A DNA stretch of 61,848 bases, filler included. It is 4 parts of 4 records of this genome, joined end to end, with 100 filler letters (N's around TTAATTAATTAA, not from the genome) between each part and the next. Parts side by side here need not be neighbours in the genome. Positions count along the whole stretch, not along the records: positions 15,015 to 23,891 come from SRR20825006_584; positions 23,992 to 52,255 come from SRR20825006_586; 2 more parts are not named here. One strand, given 5' to 3'. The translations under genes and the position numbers were made by a program. The notes under the pieces are model-generated. The model worked only from the letters and a program-made list of their open reading frames with translations. It searched no databases and was not told where the DNA came from. This document shows, piece by piece, positions 20,075-29,322 of the stretch (position 1 is the first letter of the stretch; every line of letters begins with the position of its first letter).

Positions 20075-21778
20075 TCAGGACGGAGCGTATTTTTCCGGAT
20101 CAATCGCGGCCTTCAGCGCCTCCAGCTCGCCCTCGGTCCAACCCTCTGGCTGGGTGACCTCCACCCAGGCGTCGACATAATCCGCCGGGTCATAGACATG
20201 GCCATGCCCCACCGGCGGGGTTTGCGCCAGCGCCGCATCGACCGCCAATTGCAGGAAGGTGATCACCGGATACCAGTTGAGCGCCGGCGAGACATCGGGG
20301 CCGCGCGGCGCGTTGAGCCAGTCGGGCCGCTGCCAGTCGGCATCGAAGGAAAAGAACACGATCGGGTCACTGGCATATTGCAGGAAGACGATCCGCATCG
20401 GCCCCCAGGACAGGCCCTCCCAATCCTTGGCGCCGGTCTGGTTCATGAAGCGCACCGCCGAGGAATTGCCGAAGCGGGGCAGCCAGGCGGGCGATCCGGG
20501 CACCCGGCTCTCGGTCATGCGCGACCAGATCGGACTGGAAAAGGGCGGCCCGGCCCAGAGCGCCCCATCGAAAGGGTCGGCCAGCACATCATAGACCGTG
20601 GTCGAATTCTGCGAGGCCAGCGCACCCAGGCTCAATCCGTGCAGATAGAGCCTGGGCCGGTCATCGCGCGGCAATTGCGTCCAGTAATCATAGACCGTGT
20701 TGAACAGCGCCTGGGCGGTCTCCGTGCCCAGTTCTGGCTCGATCCACAGCGAGAGCACGCTGGTCAAATAGGAATATTGCACCGCCACGCTCGCCACATC
20801 GCCCCCATGGAGATATTCGAGCGTGTCGATGGCCGCCGGGTCGACCCAGCCAGTGCCCACCGGCGTCACCAGCACCAGCACCGAGCGCTCAAAGGCGCCG
20901 ATGCGCACCAGTTCGGCCAGGGCAAGCTGGGCGCGTTCCATCACCGTCGGGGCCGACCGCAAGCCCACATAGGTGCGCAGCGGCTGCAGCGCCGGCTTGC
21001 CGGTCATGGCCTCAATCGCGGCTGCATCGGGCCCGGACTGCACATAGACCCGGGAATCCCGGCCAATCGTTTCCCAATCGATCAGCGACTCGGCGCTGCC
21101 CGTCTGGAACCACTGGCTGGGCGCTTCGGCATCGGTCTGCACCAGGGCGTCGAGCCGTTCGTAGAACGTGTCGGCCGCCCGCAGCGCCGAGCGCAGGAAC
21201 AGATTGTTGACCAGAATGCTGATCAGCAGGGCCACCAGGGCCGTTGCCACCACAAAGGCGGCCCGGCGCGGCATATGCGGCAGCAGCCAGTGCCAGATCA
21301 GCCGGATAATGGTCACCAGCAGCTTGCCGATAATCAGGATGGTTGCGGCAATGGGCAGCGCAAAAGTCGCGATCTGCAGCGGCTGGTTTTCTTCTACCGG
21401 CGGCATCTCCATCACCGCGCGCACCGAGTTCTGCCATGTGTTGGAATACCACAGCGCCACCAGCACCAGCCCCAGGCAGACCAGCCCGACCAGCAGGCCC
21501 AGTGCGCGCGTGACCCGCCCCGGCGGCACCTTGAGCCCGAGGAACCCCCAAAGCCAATGCGCCAGATTGCCGAAGCCATAGCCGATGGCAAAGCAGCACC
21601 CCGAAAGAATGCCCTGCACCGTCTCGGTGCGCGGCAGCAGCGAGGGCGTCAGCGACAGCGCAAAAAAGATCGACCCGACCAAGAGGCCCGGCGGCGAGAG
21701 ATGATAGGCCACCGCATCCCAAAAGGCATTTGCCCTTTGGGCCCAATCCTTTGGCGGGCGGGATCCAATTTTCGACAT
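20075..21778 (-). CDS. Membrane-anchored alpha/beta-hydrolase (Abhydrolase_9/DUF2319-like)
   Basis: SLTPSLLPR, GTGWVD, QYSYL, nucleophile elbow GLSLG, SDPIV, GHGH. Confidence 0.88.
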   Translation of the reverse strand: MSKIGSRPPKDWAQRANAFWDAVAYHLSPPGLLVGSIFFALSLTPSLLPRTETVQGILSGCCFAIGYGFGNLAHWLWGFLGLKVPPGRVTRALGLLVGLVCLGLVLVALWYSNTWQNSVRAVMEMPPVEENQPLQIATFALPIAATILIIGKLLVTIIRLIWHWLLPHMPRRAAFVVATALVALLISILVNNLFLRSALRAADTFYERLDALVQTDAEAPSQWFQTGSAESLIDWETIGRDSRVYVQSGPDAAAIEAMTGKPALQPLRTYVGLRSAPTVMERAQLALAELVRIGAFERSVLVLVTPVGTGWVDPAAIDTLEYLHGGDVASVAVQYSYLTSVLSLWIEPELGTETAQALFNTVYDYWTQLPRDDRPRLYLHGLSLGALASQNSTTVYDVLADPFDGALWAGPPFSSPIWSRMTESRVPGSPAWLPRFGNSSAVRFMNQTGAKDWEGLSWGPMRIVFLQYASDPIVFFSFDADWQRPDWLNAPRGPDVSPALNWYPVITFLQLAVDAALAQTPPVGHGHVYDPADYVDAWVEVTQPEGWTEGELEALKAAIDPEKYAPS

Positions 21779-21955
21779 GGCGCTTAGGTGACCCCGGAAG
21801 GGCGACGGGGTCAATGCTAGGGAGGGGGTGTTGGGTGCTCTGACGGATTTGGGGGTGGTTTCGGACTGGCAGCCTTCAGAAGGGATACATGAGAAGGCAG
21901 CCGCTGAAGGTCAGGACATTCGGGGCCGGCAGCTGCGGCCTCGACCCACGCCCCC

Positions 21956-22579
21956 CTAGCGGCGTTTCGGATTGACCTTTCGCTTCAAATCCAAGTCGCC
22001 GCTCGAACCTCGGTCGTTGTAGTAACGCCCGGTCAGCCGGTTCCTGTCTACTTCCCAATCCACCTCAAGGTAGGCCACGCCGTCATGCGGTGCGCTTCGG
22101 TGCCGGAACTCGGCCTTGGGCTCATTCGAGTAACTGTACCAGACCCGGAAGTGCTTGTTCCTGTAGTCCGGCTGGAAATGCTCCCGGTTCGAAAATGACT
22201 TCGACTCGCCGGACTGCAGCGTGATGCTGATGGTAAGCAATGTCTGCTTGATCGTCACCGTCGTATCGATTGGCGGCCAAGGCGTGTCGCTTCCGGGCGC
22301 CTTGTAGGTAGAGCGGAGCACCCCAGTCCATGTGCCGTTCAAGTCAGGAAAAGTCTTCGTTTGGAGCCAAGGTATCAACTCGGCGGTCTTGAACCAAAAC
22401 AGTTGCGCCAGAAACACGATGCCGGCGGTGAAAATCGTAACGGCAAGCGACAGGTACTTGAGCGGCCCCGCATCTCGACCGGTAAAGTGTAGCGCCAGCG
22501 CGTCGATAGCGGTCACGAGGATCACCGCAGAGGCGCCGATGATCAGAACCTGCCACCGCTGCGGGAGAAGTCCCCACAT
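21956..22579 (-). CDS. cap15: CBASS Cap15 effector (2TM + beta-barrel, S-2TMbeta), 207 aa
   Basis: Two N-terminal TM helices, then PDLNGTWTG, IKQT, ESKS, YSYSNEP, HDG, LTGRYYNDRGSSG; ATG overlaps the CD-NTase stop (TGATG). Confidence 0.9.
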   Translation of the reverse strand: MWGLLPQRWQVLIIGASAVILVTAIDALALHFTGRDAGPLKYLSLAVTIFTAGIVFLAQLFWFKTAELIPWLQTKTFPDLNGTWTGVLRSTYKAPGSDTPWPPIDTTVTIKQTLLTISITLQSGESKSFSNREHFQPDYRNKHFRVWYSYSNEPKAEFRHRSAPHDGVAYLEVDWEVDRNRLTGRYYNDRGSSGDLDLKRKVNPKRR

Positions 22580-23640
22580 CAGGCGTCGCCCAGATGGACA
22601 AGCGCTAGCGCCACAAACTCTTGGGCGTCCCTGAGCTGCCACCCCTGAGTTGGGTGGAACAGAAACTTGCGGTCGTTAATTTCCAACAGCCTGCCGACGT
22701 TAGGTCCGTTGATGAGCTCATTGACGCGCTGCAGCACGCGCTTAATTCGACCGTAACGATCATCGCCGGGGACCGTGAAGAACTCATCTTCCACTAAATA
22801 GACGAGGCACTCGACCAGAAACGAAGGCACGCGCTTGTCCGTGATGTCGTAGTTCATCATGTCCCGCTGCATGCGTTTGATCGACCGCACCACCTTCTTG
22901 AACTGGTGGCCGGTTCGGGAGCGCTTGTCCCGGCCGTTGGCGATGTGCTGGTCGGGGAAGTTGTAGGTCCACCCTCCGATTGTGTCGAGCAGCGCGACGC
23001 CCTCCGTGGTGATGAAAAGAGGCGGCATGAAGCCCTGCTGGACTTGCTCAATAAAGTGCAGGCGGAAAGCGGGCACAACATCCACCTCTGCCCGGCTACC
23101 CTCCAGCCCGTTGACACGTATCGCCTTCTTGCCGCTGGCATCCACAGCGCTGCGTCCGAACGTGCCCTGCAAGCCCGAGACAATCTGAGCACGCATGTCC
23201 GTCAGCTTGTCCCTGAACGACCCGCCAGGCGAGGAGTAGCCAGCTGCGGCATATGCCGCTTGCCTGTCGACGCCATAAGCGTACTCCACAAGGATATGCC
23301 TGTGCTGCACACGAAGGTCGATGTCGCTTTCGCCGCGGGTGTTCGTTCGGTTCGTGAAGCTGCCTTGTTGGCACAGGCGGCAACCTTCGGCATCGAGCCA
23401 GTTGTTGTCAGCCAATGCGCCCTGGACCATGTCGCGGGCCCGAATGATGCGATCGTACTCGGTGTCGCTTTCGGGCCTTTCCCAATGCTCGAAACGATCG
23501 TTCCATGACTGCCGGCGCCTAACGGACTCTGCGAGTTCCTGGGCAGCTCCAATGAGGGTTCTCGGCGGATTGTTTAGGCCTGCAGAAAACGAGCCGAAGG
23601 TCGGCAGCTGGGGCAGCCTTCCCCTTCCGTAAATCGTCAT
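22579..23640 (-). CDS. cdnE: cGAS/DncV-like nucleotidyltransferase, clade E (CdnE-like)
   Basis: QGSFTNRTNTRGESDID, EVDVVP, NFPDQHIANG.DK..TG.QFKKVVR.IK, PSFLVECLVY, C-terminal LF...QGW; GAGG SD upstream. Confidence 0.92.
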   Translation of the reverse strand: MTIYGRGRLPQLPTFGSFSAGLNNPPRTLIGAAQELAESVRRRQSWNDRFEHWERPESDTEYDRIIRARDMVQGALADNNWLDAEGCRLCQQGSFTNRTNTRGESDIDLRVQHRHILVEYAYGVDRQAAYAAAGYSSPGGSFRDKLTDMRAQIVSGLQGTFGRSAVDASGKKAIRVNGLEGSRAEVDVVPAFRLHFIEQVQQGFMPPLFITTEGVALLDTIGGWTYNFPDQHIANGRDKRSRTGHQFKKVVRSIKRMQRDMMNYDITDKRVPSFLVECLVYLVEDEFFTVPGDDRYGRIKRVLQRVNELINGPNVGRLLEINDRKFLFHPTQGWQLRDAQEFVALALVHLGDA

Positions 23641-23891
23641 CAGCCAGTGCCTCGAACATTAACAATCCGTAAGCCATATAGGTGCGCCAATCTGACGCAC
23701 AAGGATTATCAGAACAAATCTTGGGGTATCAGAAGCCTTTCGGCTTCGGCACATAGCCGCCGATCTCCTCATTCCGATCTGGTCGTTGGGTAACAATTAA
23801 GGCGAGGTCCACATTCGGACATTGGTAGCGGGCCGTCGAACGGATGAAATAGGGTCGCTTTCTGCCGCCGCCAAAAAGATATCCCCGCACC

Positions 23892-23991
23892 NNNNNNNNN
23901 NNNNNNNNNNNNNNNNNNNNNNNNNNNNNNNNNNNTTAATTAATTAANNNNNNNNNNNNNNNNNNNNNNNNNNNNNNNNNNNNNNNNNNNN
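23892..23991. other. Artificial contig-joining spacer
   Basis: N44 + TTAATTAATTAA + N44. Confidence 0.99.
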
Positions 23992-23992
23992 C

Positions 23993-24925
<933 letters not shown>

Positions 24926-24946
24926 TAAAAATCGCTGGAAGAGAAC

Positions 24947-24982
24947 AAAGCCCTGTCGGCATGTGCTGTCAGGGCTTTTTTT
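24947..24982 (+). terminator. Rho-independent terminator of gyrB
   Basis: AAAGCCCTG...CAGGGCTTTTTTT. Confidence 0.85.
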
Positions 24983-25139
24983 ATAGTGGATAGTCGTGCT
25001 CAAAGCGTCTTGAGCAGCGATAGGAACGGTTTTCAACAGTTAAATGCTGTCAGGGTTAGGCTGAATAGAGGGGAAGCCTTCAGACAGGCGTAGAGAGGCT
25101 TACGGCTGAGGTCTGTGACAACGATAAAGTGGTATCAAG

Positions 25140-25170
25140 AAAAAGGCCCTGTCACAGGGCCTTTTATTTT
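25140..25170 (-). terminator. Rho-independent (bidirectional) terminator of ndh
   Basis: AAAAGGCCCTG-TCA-CAGGGCCTTTT. Confidence 0.85.
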
Positions 25171-25183
25171 TAAAAAGAAGATA

Positions 25184-26497
25184 TCAATGCAATTTGATTT
25201 TGGGATGCACGCTGCGTCTGAACAGATGAGACAGTGACAGCATCATCACCCGGAATGGTCCGAACAGTGCGATCTGATGCATTTTGTAGAGTGACAGGTA
25301 CATCAGGCGGGCCATCAGGCCTTCAACCAGCATGCTGCCGCGGCTGAGGTTGCCCATCAGGTTGCCGACAGTGCTGTAACGGCCCAAAGAGACCAGTGAG
25401 CCATAGTCATGGTATTCATACTCAGGCAGCGGCTTGTCTTTAAGACGGTTAACCAGGGATTTGTAGACCATGGAAGCCATTTGATGCGCCGCCTGAGCAC
25501 GCGGTGGCACATTTTCATCATGACCCTGCCATTTACAGGCACAGCAGTCGCCGATGGCATAAATATCATCATCCAGTGTCGTTTGCAGGGTTTGTCTGAC
25601 AACCAGTTGATTCATCCAATTGCTTTCCAGGCCGTCAATATCCTTGAGGAATTCCGGCGCTTTGATACCGGCGGCCCAGACTTTGATGGCTGCAGGAATG
25701 ACATTACCGCTTTCGGTAATGATTTCCTTGTCAGTGACTTCCACTACCCGCTCCCCGGCCATCACGTTGACACCCAGTTTGTTGAGTTCTGACAAAGTGG
25801 CATCAGAGATATTTTTGGGCAGGCCGGAGAGGATACGATCAGCTGCTTCAATAATAGTAATTTTCACGTCCTGTGGATTAACTTCATCAAGGCCATACGC
25901 TGTCAGCAGGTGAGAGACTTCGTGGAGCTGGGCACTCAGTTCTACACCCGTTGCACCGGCACCGACAATGGCGATATTCAGTTGACCGTCATCCAGCGGT
26001 TTGCCCTGTGTGTGAGCACGTAAATAAGTCTGCAGCAGCTTGCTTTGGAAAACCTCCGCCTGCTTGGTTGTATCGAGGAACAGACAGTGTTCACGAACGC
26101 CTTTAATGCCGAAATCATGGCTGATACTGCCAACAGAAATGATCAGATAATCGTAGTCAAAACTGCGGCGGGGGATGATTTCAACACCTTCGCTGTTGAG
26201 CGTGGGCGCCACTGAGATCTGTTTATTTTTGCGGTCCAGACCATCCATACGGCCGAGTCGGAAGCGAAAACCGCTGTAGTTGGCCTGACCCAGGTATTCG
26301 ATCTCATCTTCATGCGAGTCCAGCGTACCGGCAGCCACCTCATGCAGGAGTGGCTTCCAGATATGGGTGTGGGTGCTGTCTACCAGTGTGACCTGGGCTT
26401 TTCCTTTTTTGCCCAGTTTTTTGCCGAGTTTAGTGACCAGTTCCAGGCCACCCGCTCCGCCGCCAACAACGACAATTTTGGGGATGTGGTTTGACAT
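25184..26497 (-). CDS. ndh: Type II NADH dehydrogenase
   Basis: GGGAGG, WKPLLHEVAAG, GAGATGVEL, PPRAQAAHQ, ends KLH. Confidence 0.95.
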   Translation of the reverse strand: MSNHIPKIVVVGGGAGGLELVTKLGKKLGKKGKAQVTLVDSTHTHIWKPLLHEVAAGTLDSHEDEIEYLGQANYSGFRFRLGRMDGLDRKNKQISVAPTLNSEGVEIIPRRSFDYDYLIISVGSISHDFGIKGVREHCLFLDTTKQAEVFQSKLLQTYLRAHTQGKPLDDGQLNIAIVGAGATGVELSAQLHEVSHLLTAYGLDEVNPQDVKITIIEAADRILSGLPKNISDATLSELNKLGVNVMAGERVVEVTDKEIITESGNVIPAAIKVWAAGIKAPEFLKDIDGLESNWMNQLVVRQTLQTTLDDDIYAIGDCCACKWQGHDENVPPRAQAAHQMASMVYKSLVNRLKDKPLPEYEYHDYGSLVSLGRYSTVGNLMGNLSRGSMLVEGLMARLMYLSLYKMHQIALFGPFRVMMLSLSHLFRRSVHPKIKLH

Positions 26498-26733
26498 TCG
26501 CTATGGCTCCAATCCGACGCAGAATAGTGAGGACTGCGGGTCTTTCGGCTTAGCGGCATCGGCATTCTGCGCTGCGATATCAGCGGACAACTATACGCGC
26601 CTGGAAAGATCGACCAGTCCATTGAGTAAAACCGTGATTTTAACGTAAAAAACCCTATAAAAACTATCTTATTTTTACTACAGGGGCGGACTCTGGCAAA
26701 ATTAATGATCTTGATCAATTTTAGAGACCGCAA

Positions 26734-27282
26734 ATGCAAGCAAGGCCCGAAAAACCACGCCTGGCCTGGGCTGTAACCGGTTCTGGACATTATCTGGAAG
26801 AGTGTCTGGAAATTGTCCGCGAATTGGATGATGTCGATCTGTTTTACAGTCGTGCCGGTGAAGAGGTCATCAGAATGTATGGCCACGACCCTAAAGCGAT
26901 CGTGCCTGAAGGCCGTATTTACCGTGACCGGGCCGCCAGTGCCCCGCCGGTTGGCCTGTTCTACCGCGGTGATTACCATACGCTGGTAGTGGCCCCTGCT
27001 ACCTCCAATACGGTAGCTAAAATGGTTCTGGGCCTGTCCGATACCCTGGTCACTAATATCTTTGCTCAGGCCGGTAAATGCCGGGTTCCCAGCATTGTAC
27101 TGGCCTGTGATGCGATTCCCGAAGTGGACACACCGGCACCGGATCGCATTGTCAGACTGTGGCCGCGCCAGGTTGATCTGGAACATACCGCTAGGTTAAA
27201 AACCCATGAAGCTACGACCGTAGTCGAGACTGCCGAGCAACTGTCTGAAGCAATAAAAAAACGTCTGGCAGAGGTGGGCTGA
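26734..27282 (+). CDS. dmrB: HFCD flavoprotein, dihydromethanopterin reductase (AfpA/DmrB-like)
   Basis: AWAVTGSGH, APATSNTVAKMV.GLSDTLVTN.FAQAGK; adjacent to H4MPT genes. Confidence 0.8.
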   Translation: MQARPEKPRLAWAVTGSGHYLEECLEIVRELDDVDLFYSRAGEEVIRMYGHDPKAIVPEGRIYRDRAASAPPVGLFYRGDYHTLVVAPATSNTVAKMVLGLSDTLVTNIFAQAGKCRVPSIVLACDAIPEVDTPAPDRIVRLWPRQVDLEHTARLKTHEATTVVETAEQLSEAIKKRLAEVG

Positions 27283-27290
27283 GCCCGACC

Positions 27291-28766
27291 ATGGCTGACC
27301 GGATTCTGTTTCTGACCGGTAAACTGGCAGAACCCAGTGTGCGAAAGGTATTGCATGAAATGTCGCCGCTGCCGTTCGACTATGAAGTGCATCAGCTGGG
27401 ATTATCAGTGGCGGCGCTGATGACCGACAAAATGATTGCCCGACGCCTTAAACCGGAAGATTATCAGCACTTCGATCAAATTATCGTTCCCGGACGTTGC
27501 CGCGGTGATCTGGAGGCCCTGAGCCAGGAGCTCGGCATCAAAGTCACGCGGGGGCCGGAAGAAATTAAGGATCTGCCCGTGCATTTCGGCAAAGCCCGCA
27601 AACAGCCTGATCTCAGTCGTTACAGTGTCAATATCTTTGCAGAAATTGTGGATGCGCCGGAGCGCAGTATCGACAGCCTGATAGCGCGGGCGCATTACTA
27701 CCGCGACAATGGCGCCGATGTGATCGATATAGGCTGCTTGCCACAGGAAGACTTTCCACATCTGGAAGAGGCAATACAAGCCCTTCACAGTGAGGGTTTT
27801 AAGGTGAGTGTGGACTCACTTTCATTGCCTGATCTGCAGCGTGCAGCCAGGGCCGGTGCCGATTATCTGTTGAGCTTGACCGAAGAAACTGTCGACCTGG
27901 CCAGGGAAACCGATGCGGTGCCGATTCTGGTCCCCGCCGAGCCCGGTTCACTGGCATCGTTGGAGCGCGCCATGGAGGCGATGGATAAAATCGGCAAGCC
28001 CTGGATCGCAGACCCGATTCTGGATCCCATTCATTTCGGCCTCACCGCTTCTATCGTCCGCTATCATGAACTGCGACAGAAATACCCGGAAGCACCGATA
28101 ATGATGGGGGTTGGCAATCTCACCGAATTGACGGATGCCGATACCAGCGGCATCAATGCGATGTTATTCGGGATCATTTCCGAGTTGAATGTAAATTGCG
28201 TGCTGGCAACTGAAGTCAGTCCGCATGCCCGTCGGGCGATCCGTGAGGCCGATGTCGCCAGGCGCATGATGTATGCCGCCAAAGACGATAACAGCCTGCC
28301 GCGTGATTTCACCGCTGAACTGCTGATTGCCCATGAGCGGCGGCCATTTACTGATACCGCAGATGAAATTCGCGAGCTGGCAAAAAATATTAAGGATCCC
28401 AATTATCGGATTAAGATTGCCCGGGAGGGCATTTTCATGTTCAATCGCGACGGGTTGTTACATGATCGCGACCCGTTTGAGTTTTATCCCCAGTTACAGC
28501 TGGAAAATGATCCGGGCCATGCGTTTTATCTCGGTGTCGAGCTGGCACGAGCTGAAGTGGCCTGGCAGCTGGGTAAGCGCTACACCCAGGATGAGGATCT
28601 GAATTGGGGATGTGCTATTGAAAAGCCGGAAGAAGATCTGACCCGGCAGAAAGCCGAAGGCACGACCATGAAAAAACGAAAAAAATCTCGGGCCTGTGGT
28701 ACAGCAGAAAAGCCCAGCAAAAAGAAGGAGCGCGCCTGTGGCACGGCTGACAAGTCGGATACATGA
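27291..28766 (+). CDS. Dihydropteroate-synthase-like H4MPT biosynthesis protein (Orf20 type; DUF6513 + pterin-binding domain)
   Basis: FLTGKLAE, VAALMT, GADVIDIG, SVDS, DPILDP, GNLTEL.DAD..G, HAFYLGVEL.RA. Confidence 0.85.
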   Translation: MADRILFLTGKLAEPSVRKVLHEMSPLPFDYEVHQLGLSVAALMTDKMIARRLKPEDYQHFDQIIVPGRCRGDLEALSQELGIKVTRGPEEIKDLPVHFGKARKQPDLSRYSVNIFAEIVDAPERSIDSLIARAHYYRDNGADVIDIGCLPQEDFPHLEEAIQALHSEGFKVSVDSLSLPDLQRAARAGADYLLSLTEETVDLARETDAVPILVPAEPGSLASLERAMEAMDKIGKPWIADPILDPIHFGLTASIVRYHELRQKYPEAPIMMGVGNLTELTDADTSGINAMLFGIISELNVNCVLATEVSPHARRAIREADVARRMMYAAKDDNSLPRDFTAELLIAHERRPFTDTADEIRELAKNIKDPNYRIKIAREGIFMFNRDGLLHDRDPFEFYPQLQLENDPGHAFYLGVELARAEVAWQLGKRYTQDEDLNWGCAIEKPEEDLTRQKAEGTTMKKRKKSRACGTAEKPSKKKERACGTADKSDT

Positions 28767-29322
28767 AGTTATCGTCACGACCCTGGATGCCGCGGGGACC
28801 CCGCATTCAGCCCCGATGGGTGTTAGCGAAGTGAATGGTTACTTTCTCGTTAAGCCATTTAAACCCTCGACGACCTATGACAACTTGAAACATCATCGGC
28901 AGTGCACGATTAATTATATTGATGATGTCAGAGTGTTTGCCGGCGCGCTGACCGGCAGACGGGACTGGCCCACCCTGCCCTGCAGTCAGATTAAAGGCGC
29001 CTATCTGTCCCAGGCGCTGGCTCATAGCGAACTGGAAATGACCCGTTTCGACGATGATGACCCTCGGGCCTGCTTTTATGGCGAAGTACGGGAAGAGCAG
29101 ATTCATGCCCCTTTTCGCGGCTTTAACCGGGCACAAAGTGCGGTGGTGGAAGCGGCGATTCTGGTCAGCCGATTAGGTATGTTGCCGCAAGAGAAAATTC
29201 GTGAGGAAATCGGCTATCTGCAGATAGCCATCGATAAAACGGCCGGTGACCGTGAACTGGAAGCCTGGGGCTGGCTGATGAATAAAATCAAACAAGCAGG
29301 CATAGATATTCAACATGACTAA
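28738..29322 (+). CDS. DUF447 family protein (H4MPT cluster, Orf19-like)
   Basis: HEVIVTT, APMG, FNRAQ.AVVEAAILVSR, KTAG; GTG start 7 nt after AGGAG. Confidence 0.85.
   Translation: MARLTSRIHEVIVTTLDAAGTPHSAPMGVSEVNGYFLVKPFKPSTTYDNLKHHRQCTINYIDDVRVFAGALTGRRDWPTLPCSQIKGAYLSQALAHSELEMTRFDDDDPRACFYGEVREEQIHAPFRGFNRAQSAVVEAAILVSRLGMLPQEKIREEIGYLQIAIDKTAGDRELEAWGWLMNKIKQAGIDIQHD

Noticed and set aside
18685-20103. 472-aa ORF suggesting a long N-terminal fusion to the deaminase
   Set aside because: The upstream part is an alternative frame over the DMT gene; the deaminase starts at 19137
15999-21778. Patatin and alpha/beta-hydrolase as extra CBASS effectors
   Set aside because: The patatin is RssA-like, 5 kb away and on the opposite strand; the hydrolase belongs to a widespread membrane family and lies outside the putative cassette boundary
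20057-21787. 576-aa plus-strand ORF, and other long antisense ORFs such as 2737-3990 and 56462-58327
   Set aside because: Shadow ORFs opposite well-supported genes in GC-rich DNA; no recognisable motifs
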